Shown here: one piece after another, positions 13,916 to 29,164 of the stretch | Layout: every line of letters begins with the position of its first letter | Position numbering within the stretch: the stretch's first letter is position 1 | Source: the human T2T-CHM13v2.0 reference genome, Homo sapiens | DNA: 64,000 bases | Direction: 5' to 3' (one strand) | NCBI RefSeq assembly: GCF_009914755.1 | Contig: NC_060938.1 | Notes under the pieces: generated by a model | The model's input: the letters and a program-made list of their open reading frames with translations, nothing else | Database searches by the model: none | Told to the model about the DNA's origin: nothing | Made by a program: the position numbers and the translations under genes

Positions 13916-14624
13916 GACTAAAGAGCGTCGGAAGATGTTGAGAGAGCCTCAGCCAGAATTTCAGAGATGGACAAGGGCACAGAGAGGCCAGAGGGCTCCC
14001 TTGCACATCACCCGGGGTGCGCAATGAGCGCAGGTCTAGCCAGGAGGCTGGCAAAGAGAGTTAGAAGTCTGCATTCCACCGCCAGTCCCTCCATAGTGGC
14101 AGCCGGGAGGCTTCAGGGGCACACGCGGGCCGGCGACGGTGGCGCAGAGGCACATAGGAGGCGAGCCGCCGGAGGTGTCAGGCCTGGACGCTGCGTGGGA
14201 CCGGTGTTTCACGGGATGATGGTTTGCACTCGGCCCAGGGGAGGATGCATTTTCTGTGGGTGGTGTGTGGGGGTTGGGAGGGTGTGGTCAGGCGGGGGTC
14301 GGGTGGTAGATAGGCATGATAGCTCTACCCAGGCGGCTCCCACACAACAGGCGGCTGCCCGCAAACCCGCGTGTGCACAGTAGGCGACCCAATTGCTGGT
14401 ACCTGGGCTGGCTCTGGGATCCCAGGGATGCCCAGGAAAGACTGGCAGTTCTCCGCTGTGTGGAGCCTCTCACCGGGCCTAGAGCTAGAAGGCAGGAATC
14501 TCATGCTGGTCAGCCCGGTGGAGGGGGCGGGGGGAAGACATGCCCCTCGGTAGCCAGCCAGTTGTTCCCCGAGAAAGAGAGGCCACTGCCCTGTCCCGAC
14601 CCATCCCCGTCCCAACCCCGCATC

Positions 14625-16097
<1,473 letters not shown>

Positions 16098-16685
16098 GTC
16101 CTGGAAGGTTCCCAGGGCGTCAAGACCTGCGGCCGGGGGGTAGTGGGGTGGATGGGGAGGGTGTGGTGATGGTGGTGGTGGGGCCGGAGGGATGAAGAGG
16201 AAGGGGGCGAGAGGGAAGGGGTGAGGGGGGCGCGTTTCGGGTGCTGGCTCTCCGGACCTCTCCAGGAATCCCGCGGGAACTGGAAGCCGCTCTCTGGGCT
16301 CCCACGCATCTTCAGCAGGGAGAAACCGGCCTGGGAGGGTGGAGGAGAGTGTGGAACTGAACCTCCGTGGGAATCTTGAGTGTTCCGGGACCTCTCTCCG
16401 TGAAGGAGGCAGTGCCTGTGGGTGTCGCCGTTGCCGGGACAGTCTCACACACACAGGCGTGTGGCTCTCGTTCATTTCCACGTAGGAGACCACAGGGAAA
16501 CCCCAGAGAGAAGATGCCTCCCCGGCGTGATGTCCTGACGATGGATTCCAGTGTGCGGTAACATGGGGAGTCTGCAGTGTGGCCGGTTTGGAAATTGACA
16601 AGGAGAGCGAAGGCACCATGCCGGTCTTCCACCCTTCCATGCAAGTTTCCGGGTGCCCGCAGAGCTCCGGGAACAAAGAGTCAGC

Positions 16686-19055
16686 ATGACACATCTCTGA
16701 ACTGATCAAAGTGATGTAACTCTTGTCTAGGCTCTGCCTACAGGGGCTTTGTGACATATCTCTGCACTGATCACCCAGGGGATGGGACTTATGTCTAGGC
16801 TCTGCCTATGGGAGCATTGTGACATATCTCTACACTGATCACCCAGGTGATGTAACTGTTGTGGTGGATCTGCCTATGGGGCATAGTGACATATCACTGC
16901 AATGATCACCGAGGTGATGTAACTCTTATCCAGGCTCTACCTATAGGGGGCCTTGTGACATATATCTGCACTGATCCCCTAGGTTATGTAACTCTTGCTT
17001 ACGCTCTGCCTGCAGGGGCATTGTGAAATATGTCAGCACTGATCACCCAGGTGATGGGACTCTTCTCTAGGCTCTGCCTAATGGGGGCATTGTCAAATAT
17101 TTCTGCACTAATAACCCAGGTAACGGACTCTTGCCTTGGATTTGCCTATGGGGGCATTGTGACATATCTCTGCACTGATCACCCAGGTGATGTAACTCTG
17201 GTCTAAGCTTTGCCTAAAGGGGCATTGTGACACATCTCTGCACTGATCACTCAGGTGATGTAACTGTTGTCTAGGCTCTGCTTAAAGGGGGCTTGTAACA
17301 TATCTCTGCACTGATCACCCAGGTGATGTAACTCTTGCCTGGGCTCTGCTTCCAGGGGGTGTTGTGATATATCTCTGCACTGATAACCAAAGTGATGTAA
17401 CACTTGTGTAGGCTCTGCCTACAGAGGCATTTTGACATATCTCTGCACTGTTAACCTTGGTGATGTAACCCTTGTCTAGGCTGTGACCACAGGGGGATTG
17501 AGACATATCTCTGCACTGATCCCGAGGTGATCCAACTCTTGCCTGGTCTCTGCCTACTGGGGACATTGTGACATATCTCTGCACTGATCTCCCAGGTGCT
17601 GTAACTTTAGTCTAGGCTCTGGCTACACGGCATTGTGACATATCACTGCACTGATCACCCAGGTGATATAACTCTTGTCTAGGCTCTGCCTACAGGGGGC
17701 TTGTGACATATCTTTGCACTGCTCACCCAGGTGATATAACTCTTCTCTAGGATGTGCCTACAGGGTGCTTTGTGACATATCCCTGCAATGATCACCCAGG
17801 TGATATACCACTTGTCAAGGCTCTGCCTACAGGGGCATTGTGATGTATCTCTGCACTGATCACCTAGGTCATGTAACTCTTGTTTAGGCTTTACCTACAG
17901 GGGCATTGTGACATATCTCTGCAGTGATCACGCAGGTGATGTAACTCTTGTCTATATCTGCCTACTGGTGGCATTGTGACATATTTCTGCATTGATCACA
18001 TAGGTGATGGAATCTTGTCTAGGATCTGACTGTGGGAGAATAGTGAAATATTTCTGCACTGATCACTCATGTTATGTAACGCTTGTCTGAGCTGCGCCTA
18101 AAGGGGAATTGTGACAGATATCTCCACTGATCACCCAGGTGAAGTAACAGTTTTCTGTGATTTGTCTACAGGGGGCTTTGTGACATGTCTTTGCTCTGAT
18201 CACCCAGGAGATGTAACTCTTGTCTAGGATCGGTCTACAGGGGCTTTGTGTCATATTTCTGCACTGATCACCCTGGGGAGGGAACTCTTGTCTACTCTCT
18301 GCCTACAGGAGGCTCTTTGACTTATACCTGCACTGATAACCTAGGTGATGTAACACTTGTCTAGGCTCTGCCTACACGGGAATTCTCACATATCTCTGCA
18401 CTGATCACCCAGGTGATGTAACTCCTGTCTAGGTTCAGCCTATAGGAGTGTTTTGACATATCTCTGCACTGATCACCCAGGTGATGTAACCCTTCTCTAA
18501 GCTCTGCCTACAGGGTCACTGTGACAGATCTTTCCACTGCTAACCCAGGTGATGTAACAATTGTCTGGGCTATGCCTACTGGGGGTTTGTGATTTACATT
18601 TACACTGATCAAACAGGTGATGTAACCCTTGTCAAGGTTCTGCCTACAGGGGCTTTGTGACATATCTCTGCACTGATCATCCCAGGGAGGAAACACTTGT
18701 CTACACTCTGCCTAAAGGAGGCTTTACGACTTATCCCTTCACTGATCACTAGGTGATGTAACACTTGTCAAGGCTCTGTCTACACGGGAATTTTCACATA
18801 TCTCTGCCCTGATCACCTAAGTGATGTTACCCTTGTCTAGGTTCAGGTTACTGGGGATTTCTGACATACCTATGCACTGATCACCGAGGTGATGTAAATC
18901 ATTTCCAGGCTTTTTGTATAGGGGACATTGGGATATATCTCTGCACTGATCACCCAAATGATGCAAATCTTTTCTACGCTCCACAGTGAGGGGGCATTGT
19001 GACATATTTCTGAACCGATCATCCAGGAGATGTAACTATTCTCCAGGCTTTGACT
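16686..19055 (-). repeat. Beta-satellite array
   Basis: Tandem 68-69 bp monomers. Confidence 0.95.
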
Positions 19056-19923
19056 AAAGAGCGTCAGAAGGTGTTGGGAGAACCTCAGCCAGAATTTCAC
19101 CAACGGACAAGGGTACAGAGAGGCCAGAGGGCTCCATTGCAGGTCAGCCGGGGATTGCAATTAGTGCACCTCTAGACAGGCGTCCAGCAAACAGAGCTAG
19201 AGGTCTGCGTTCCCCCGCCAGGCGCTCCATGGTGTCAGCTGGGAGGCTGCAGGGGCACGGGCGGGCCGGCGACGGTGGCGTGGAGGCACAGAGGAGGCGA
19301 GCCGCCAGAGGGGTGTCAGGCCTGGACGCTGGGCGCCCCGGTGTTTCACGGGACGGGGGTCTCCACCCAGCCCAGGGAAGAACGCATTTTCCGGGGGTGG
19401 GGAGTGAGGGTGGGGAAGGTGTGCTCAGGCGGGGGTGGGGTGGAGGAAAGGCATGAGAGCTTTGCCTGGGCTGCTCCCACAGCCCAGGCGGCTGTCCCCA
19501 AACCCGAACGTGCGCAGTAGGTAGCCCACCTGCTGGTACCTGGGCCGGCTCTGGGATCCCCTGAATGCCCAGGAAAGAATGACAGTTCTCCGCTGTGTGG
19601 AGTCTCTCACTGGGCCTAGAACTACAAGGCAGGAATCCCAGGCCGGTCAGCCCGGTGGTGCTGGCGGGGGGAAGACACTCCCCTCCATAGAGAGCCAGGT
19701 GTTCCCCGCGAAAGAGAGGCCACCGCCCTGCCCCGACTCGACCTCCTCCCAACCACGCGTCCTAAAGCTCCTCCAGCATAGCCCGGTATTCCTCCACGCT
19801 GAGGAGTGCTTCCACCGAGGCGGCCTCTTCCAAGGCCTCCAGCTCCCCCAGGGCCTCCGGTTCTAGGAAATGTTGCACCTGCTGCAGAAACTCCGGGCTC
19901 TCCAGTAGCTCATCCAGCAGCAG
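19056..19923 (-). repeat. D4Z4-like cassette 3, 5'-deleted (only DUX 3' end, LSau and pLAM remain)
   Basis: pLAM-like end and KpnI 19535-19540 present. DUX homology stops at 19923; satellite resumes at about 19955. Confidence 0.93.
19762..19923 (-). pseudogene. DUX4L: DUX4-like fragment, C-terminal activation domain only
   Basis: Translates [53 protein letters not shown]. No homeobox, promoter or in-frame ATG. Confidence 0.92.
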
Positions 19924-19954
19924 TGCATCCTGCAGTGATCCTGCAGTGCAACCT

Positions 19955-22900
19955 CCAGTGATCACGCAGGTGATGTAACTCTTGTCTATATCTACCTACT
20001 GGCGGCATTGTGGCATATTTCTGCACTGATCACCCAGGTGATGGACTCTTGTCTTGGATCTGCCTATAGGGGCATAGTGAATTATCTCTGCACTGAAGAT
20101 CACCCGGGTTATGTAACTCTTGTCTAGGCTCTGCCTATGGTGGCATTGTGACTTACCTCTGCATTGATCACCCAGGAGATGAGACTCTTGTCTAAGCTCT
20201 GCCTAGAGGGACATTGGGACATATCACTGCACTGATCGCTGAGGTGATGTAAAACTTGTCTAGGCTTTGCCTACAGTGGGATTTATGACATATCACTGCA
20301 CCGATCACCCAGGTGATGTAACTCTTGTCTAGGCTCTGCTTACAGGGGGTATTGTGAGATATCTCTGCACTGATCAGCCAGGTGATGTAACTCTTGTCTA
20401 GGCTCTGCCTACAGGGGCATTTTCACATATCACTGCACTGATCACCGAGATGATGTAACTCTTGCATAGGCTTCGACGACAGGCGGCATTGAGACATATA
20501 TGTGCACTGATCACCGAGGTGATGCATCTCTTGTCTGAGATATGCTTACAGGGGACATTCTGACATATCTCTGCCCTGATCACCCAGGTGGTGTAACTCT
20601 TGTCTAGGCTCTGCCTACTGGAGACATTGTGACATATTTCCACACTGATCACCCAGGTGATGTCACTTTTGTCAAGGATATGGCTACAGGGACATTGTGA
20701 CATGTGACTGCACTGATCACACAGCTGATGTACCACTTGTGTAGGCTCTGGCTTCAGGGGGCTTGTGACACATCTCTGCACTGATCACCCAGGTGATGTA
20801 ACCCTTCTCTAGGCTCTGCCAAAAGGGGACATTGTGACATAACTCTGTACTGATCACCCAGGTGATGGGACACTTGTCTCGGCTCTGCCTACAGGGGCAT
20901 TGTGACATATCTCTGCAGTGTTCACGGAGGTGATGTAACTCTTGTCTATATCTGCCTACTGGCGTCATTGTGGCATATTTCTGTACTGATCACCCAGGTG
21001 ATGGACTCTTGTCTTGGATCTGCCTATGGGGGCATAGTGACATATCTCTGCACTGATCACTCATGTGATGTAACGCTTGTCTAAGCTGCGCCTAAAGTGG
21101 AATTGTGACACATGTCTCCACTGATCACCGAGGTGATGTAACAATATTCTGGTGTTTGTCTACAGGGGGCTTTGTGACATAACTTTGCACTGATCACCCA
21201 GGAGATGTAAAACTTTTTTAGGCTCGGCCTACAGAAGCTTTGTGACATATTTCTACACTGATCACCAAGGTGATGTAAGTTGTTTAGGCTCTGCCTACAG
21301 GGGCTTTGTGATATATCTCTGCACTGATCACCCAGGTGATGGGACTTTTGTCTAGGCTCAGCCTATGGGGTAATTGTGACATATCTGTACACTGACCACC
21401 CAGGTGATGTAAATCTTCTGTTGGATCTGCCTATGGGGGCATTGCGACATATTTCTGCACTGATCACCAAGGTGACGGAACTCTTATCTAGGCTCTGTGT
21501 ATGGGGGCTTTGTGACATATCTCTGCACTGATCACCCATGTGATGTAACGCTTGACTAGGTTCTGCAAACAGGGCATAGTTACATATCACCGCATTGATC
21601 ACCGAGTTGATGTAACTCTTGTCCAGGCTCTGCCTATAGGGGGCCTTGTGACATATCTCTGAACTGATGATCTACGTGATGTAACATTTGCTTACGCTCT
21701 GCCTGCAGGGGCATTGTGAAATATCTCTGCACTGATTACCCAGGTGATGGGACTCCTCTCTAGGCTCTGCCTACTGGGGGCATTGTCACATATTTCTGCA
21801 CTGATCACCCAGGTGATGGACTGTTGTCTTGGATTTGCCTATGGGGGCATTGTGACATATCTCTGCACTGATCACCCAGGAGATGTAACTCTGGTCTGAA
21901 CTCTGCCTAAATGGGCACTGTGATAGATCTCTGCACTGATCACTCAGGTGACGTGACTATTGTCTAGGCTCTGATTAAAGGGACCTTGTCACATATCTTG
22001 GCACTCCTCACCCAGGTGATGTAACTCTTGTCTAGCCTCTGCTTACAGGGGTTATTGTGACATATCTCTGCACTGATCACCTAAGTGATGTAAAAATTGT
22101 GCAGGCTCTGCCTACAGGGGCATTTTGACATATCCCTGCACTGTTAACTGAGGTGATGTAACTCTTATCTAGGCTGTGCCCACAGGGGAATTGAGACATA
22201 TCTCTGCACTGATCCCGAGGTGATCCAACTCTTGCCTGGTCTCTGCCTACTGGGGACATTGTGACATATCTCTGCACTGATCTCCCAGGTGCTGTAACTT
22301 TAGTCTAGGCTCTGGCTACACGTCATTGTGACATATCACTGCACTGATCACGCAGGTGATATAACTCTTGTCTAAGCTCTGCCTACTGGGGGCTTGTGAC
22401 ATATCTCTCCACTGATCACCCAGGTGATATAACTCTTCTCTAGGATCTGCCTACAGGGTGCTTTGTGACATATCCCTGCAATGATCACCCAGGTGATATA
22501 CCACTTGTCAAGGCTCTGCCTACAGGGGCATTGCGATGTATCTCTGCACTGATCACCTAGGTCATGTTACAGTTGTCTAGGCTCTGCCTACTGTGGCATT
22601 GTGACATATCTCTCCACTGATCAACCAGGTGATGTACCTCTGTTCTAGGATCTGCCTACAGGGTGCTTTGTGACATATCCCTGCAATGATCACCCAGATG
22701 ATGTACCACTTGTCAAGGCTCTGCCTACAGGGACATTGCGATGTATCTCTACACTGATCACCTAGGAAATGTAACACTTGTCTGGGTTCTGCCTACAGTG
22801 GCATTGTGATATATCTCTGCACTGATCATCCAAGTGATGTAACTCTTGTCTAGGATCTGCCTAAAGGGACTTTGTGACATAACTCTACACTGATCATCCA

Positions 22901-25900
22901 GATGATGGGGCTTTTGTCTAGGCTCTGCCTAAGGGGGCATTGTGACATATTTCTGCACTGATCACCCAGGTGACGGACTCTTGTCTTGGATCTGCCTATG
23001 GGGGCATCGTGACATATCTTTGCACTGCTCACCCAGGTGATGTAACTGTTGTATAAGCTCTGCCTACAGGGGAATTGTGAGAGATCTCACCACTGATCAC
23101 CCAAGTGATGTAACAATTGTCTAGGCTTTGCCTACAGGTGGCTTTGTGACATACCTTTGCACTGATCACCCAGGTGATGTAGCTCATCTACCTTCTGCCT
23201 ACAGGAGCATTATGACATATCTCTGCACTGATCACTTAGGTGATGTAACACCTTTATAAGCACTGCCTACAGGGAATTTTGACAAATCTCTGCACTGATC
23301 ACCTAGGTGATGTAACTCTTATCTACCCTCTGCCCAAATGGGGCATTGTGAAATATCTCTGCACTGATCACCCAGGTGATTCAACTCTTGACTAGGATCT
23401 GCCTATAAGGGGTATTTTGAAATATCTCTGCACTGATCAACTAGGTGATGTAACTGTTGTCTAGGCTCTGCCTACAGGGGCGTTTTCACATATCCCTGAA
23501 CTGATGACTTAGGTGATGTAACTCTTGCCAAGGCTTTGTCTACAGGGGACATTGTGACATTTCTCTGCACTGATCATCCAGGTGATGCAACTCTTCTCTA
23601 TGCTCTGCCTACAGGGGACATTGTGACATATCTCTGCCCTGATCACCCAGGTGATGTAACTCTTTTCTAGTCTCTGCCTACAGAGTGCGTTGTGACATCA
23701 CTCTGCAGGAATCACCCAGGTTATGTAACGCTTGTCTAGGCTCTGCCTATGGGGGCATTGTGACTTATATCTGCACGGATCACCCGTTTTATGTAACTCT
23801 TGTCTAGGCTCTGCCAATGGTGGCATTGTGACTTATCTCTGCACTGATCACCGAGGAGATGTGACTATTGACTAAGCTCTGAATAGAGGTACATTGGGAC
23901 ATATCTCTGCACTGATCGCTGAGGTGATATAAAACTTGTCTAGGCTTTGCCTATGGTTTGATTTATGACATATCTCTGCACTGATCAACCAGGTGATGTA
24001 ACTCTTGTCTAGGCTCTCCTTACAGGGGGTATTGTGAGATATCTCTGCACTGATCACCCAGGTGATGTAACACTTGTCTAGGCTCTGCCTAGAGGCGCAT
24101 TTTAACATATCACTGCACTGATCACCGAGATGATGTAACTCTTTTATAGGCTTCGCCCACAGTGGGCATTGAGACATATCTCTGCACAGTTCACCGAGGT
24201 GATGCAACTCTTTTCTGGAATCTGCTTACAGGGGGCATTGTGAGATATCCCTGCCCTGATCACCCAGGTGATTTAACTCTTGTCTTGCCTCTGCCTACTG
24301 GAGACATTGTGACATATCTCCGCACTGATCACCCAGGGGATGTCACTTTTGTGAAGAATAGGGCTACAGGGACATTGTGACATCTCTCTGCACTGATCAC
24401 ACAGCTGATGTAACTCTTGTCTAGGCTCCGGCTACATGGGTGTTGTGACACATCTCTGCACTGATCACCCAGGTGATGTAACCCTTGTCCATATCTGCCT
24501 ACTGGCAGCATTGTGGCATATTTCTGCACTCATCACCGAGGTGATGGACTCTTGTCTTGGATCTGCCTATGGGGGCATAGTGACATATCTCTGCAGTGAT
24601 CACTCATGTGATGTCACGCTTGTCTAAGCTGCTCCTAAAGGGGAATTGTGACAGATATCTCCAGTGATCACCCAGATGATGTAACAATTTTCTGGTATAT
24701 GTCTACACGGGTCCTGATCATCCAGGAGATGTATCTCTTGTCTAGGCTCAGCCTACAGGGGATTTGGGACATATTTCTGTACTGATCACCCAGGAGACGT
24801 AACTCTTGTTTAGGCTCTGCCTACAGGGGCTTCGTTACATATTTCTGTAGTGATCACCCAGGTGATGTAACTCTTCTCTAGGCTCCACCTACAGGGGGTA
24901 TTGTGACGTATCTCCCTACTGATCACCCAGGTGATGTAACTCTTGTCTAGGGTCCACCTACAGGGGGTATTGTGACGTATCTCTGCACTGATCACCCAGG
25001 TGATGTAACATTTATCTATGCTCTGCCTACAGGGGCGTTTTGACATAGCTCTGCACAGATCACCTAGGTTATGTACCTTGTCCACTCTGTGCCTACAGGG
25101 GGCATTGTGAGATATCTCTGTACTGATCACTCAGGTGATGGTACTCTTCTCTATCCTCTGCCTAGAGAGAGATTTGTGACATATCTCTGCACTGATCACC
25201 CAGGTTATTGAAGTCTTGTCTAGGCTCTGTCTATGGAGACATTGTGTCAAATATCTGCACTGATCACCCAGGTGATGTAACTCTTGTCTAGGCTCTGTCT
25301 ACAGGGATTTTTGTGACATATCACTGCACTGATCACCTAGGTGAGGTAAGCCTTGTATGGGCTTTGACTACAAAAGGCTATGTGACATATCTTTGAACCG
25401 ATCTCTGAGGTGATGCAACTCTTGTCTAGGCGCTGCCTACACGGGACATTGGTACATTTCTCTGCACTTTTCACCCAGGTGGTGGACCCTTGTCTTAGAT
25501 CTGCCTACATGGACATTGTGACACATCTCTGAACTGATCAACCAAGTGATGAAACTCTTGTCTAGGCTCTGTCTACATGGGCTTTGTGACACATCTCTGC
25601 ACTGGTCATCCTGGGGAGGGAACTTTTGTCTACGCTCTGCCTGCAGGAGGCTTTATGACTTATACCTGCACTGATAACCTAGCTGATGTAACACTTGTCT
25701 AGGCTCTGCCTACACGGGAATTCTCACATATCTCTGCACTGATAACCCAGGTGATGTAACTCCTGTCTATGTTCAGACTACAGGAGCATTTTGACATATC
25801 TCTACACTGATCACCCAGGTGATGTAACCCTTGTCTAAGCTCTGCCTACAGGGTCATTTTGACCTATCTCTCCACTGCTGATCCAGTTGATGGAACAATT

Positions 25901-26392
25901 GTATGGGCTTTGCCTACAGGGGGCTTTGTGATATACATTTCCACTGATCAACAGCCGATGGAACCCTTTTCAAGGTTCTGCTTACAGGGGCTTTGTGACA
26001 TATCTCTGTACTGATCACCCCAGGGAGGAAACACTTGTCTACACTCTGCCTATAGGAGGTTTTACGACTTATCCCTGCACTGATCACTAGGTGATGTAAC
26101 ACTTTTCTAGGTTCTGTCTACACGGGAATTTTCATGTATCTCTACACTGATCACCTAAGTATTCTGACCCTTGTCTAGGTTCAGCCTACTGGGGATTTCT
26201 GATATACCTATGCACTGATCACCGAGGTGATGTAAATCATTTCCAGGCTTTTTGTACAGCAGACTTTGTGATGTATCTCTGTACTGATCACCCAAATGAT
26301 GCAAATCTTCTCTAGGCTCTGCAGGGAGGGGTCATTGTGACATAACTCTGAACTGATCATCCAGGAGATGTAACAATTCTCCAGGCTTTGAC
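19955..26392 (-). repeat. Beta-satellite array
   Basis: Tandem 68-69 bp monomers. Confidence 0.95.
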
Positions 26393-27101
26393 TAAAGTGC
26401 GTTGGAAGGTGTTGGGAGAGCCTCATCCCGAATTTCACTGACGGACAAGGGCACAGAGAGTCCACCGGGCTCCCTTGCACATCAGCCAGGGTGCGCAATG
26501 AGCGCAGGTCTAGCCAGGAGTACGGAAAAGAGAGCTAGAGGTCTGCGTTCTGCCGCCAGGCGCTCCATGGTGGCAGCTAGGGGGTCTGCAGGGGCACCGG
26601 CGGGCGGGCGATGGTGGCGGGGCGGTGCAGAGGTGGCGAGCCGCTGGAGGGTTGTCAGGCCTGGACGCTGCGCGGGCCCGTTTTTTCACCGGATGGGGGT
26701 CTCCACCCAGCCCAGGGGAGGATACATTTTCCTGGCCTGGGCGGTGGGGGTGGCTTGGGCCTGGTCAGGCAGGGGTGGGGAGGTGGAAAGGCATGAGAGC
26801 TCTGCCCGGGCTGCTCCCACAGCCCAGGTGGCTTCCCGGAAACCTGCACGTGCGCAGTAGGCAGCCCAACTGCTGGTACCTCGGCCGGCTCTGGGATCCC
26901 TGGGATGCCCAGGAAAGAATGGCAGTTCCCTGCTGTGTGGAGTCTCTCACCGGGCCTAGACCTAGAAGGCAGAAATCCCAGGCCAGTCAGCCTGGTGGAG
27001 GGGGCGGGGGAAAGACACACTCCTCCATAGCCAGCCAGGTGTTCCCCGTGAAGGAGTGTCCACGGCCCTGCCCCGACCCGACACCTTCCCAACCCCGCTT
27101 C

Positions 27102-28439
<1,338 letters not shown>

Positions 28440-28505
28440 TCAGCCAGCCTATGCACTGAAGCAGGTGCAGCCAGGAGGCCTGCCAGTACAGCCAGCCAGC
28501 GGCTC

Positions 28506-28577
28506 TTTGTAAGGCCAGCAGGCAGGCAGGCTCCACACCTTCATGAATGGCGGTGAGCCCTGGGACAGCCCGCCCCA
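28506..28577 (-). promoter_or_regulatory. DUX promoter remnant with TACAAA instead of TATAA
   Basis: Minus strand GGCCTTACAAAGAGCC; GC box GGGGCGGG intact. Confidence 0.6.
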
Positions 28578-29164
28578 CCCCAGAAGGGTCCCAGGGCATC
28601 GAGGACTGCGGCCGGGGGGTGATGGGGTGGTGGGGGAGACCGTGGTGATGGTAGTGGTGGGGCAGGAGAGACGAAGAGGAAGGGGGCGAGGGGAAGGGCT
28701 GAGGGGGGCGCGTTTCAGGGGCTGGCTCTCCGGACCTCTCCAGGAATCCTGCGGGAACTGGAAGCCACTCTCTGGGCTCCCACGGGTCTTCAGCAGGGAG
28801 AAACCGGCCTGGGAGGGAGGAGGGGAGAGTGGAACTGAACCTCCGTGGGAGTCTTGAGTGTTCCAGGCCCTGTCTCCGTGAAGGAGGAAGTGCCTGTGGG
28901 TGTCGCCGTTGCCGGGTCAGTCTCGCACACGCAGGCCTGTGGCTCTCGTTCATTTCCACGTGGGAGAACAGAGTGAGATCCCAGAGAGAAGATACCTCCC
29001 CGGCGTGATGGCCTGACGATGGATTCCTGTGTGCTGCAACATGGGGAGTCTGCAGTGTGGCCTGTTTGTAAACTGGCAAAGAGAGCGAAGGCACCATGCC
29101 GGTCTTCCACCCTTCCCTGCATGTTTCCAGGTGCCAGCAGAGAAACGGGAGCAAACAGTCAGCA

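Noticed and set aside
16130-16235. G-rich tracts near promoters and LSau as a novel G-quadruplex system
   Set aside because: A generic property of D4Z4-family sequence; nothing specific here and not testable by eye.
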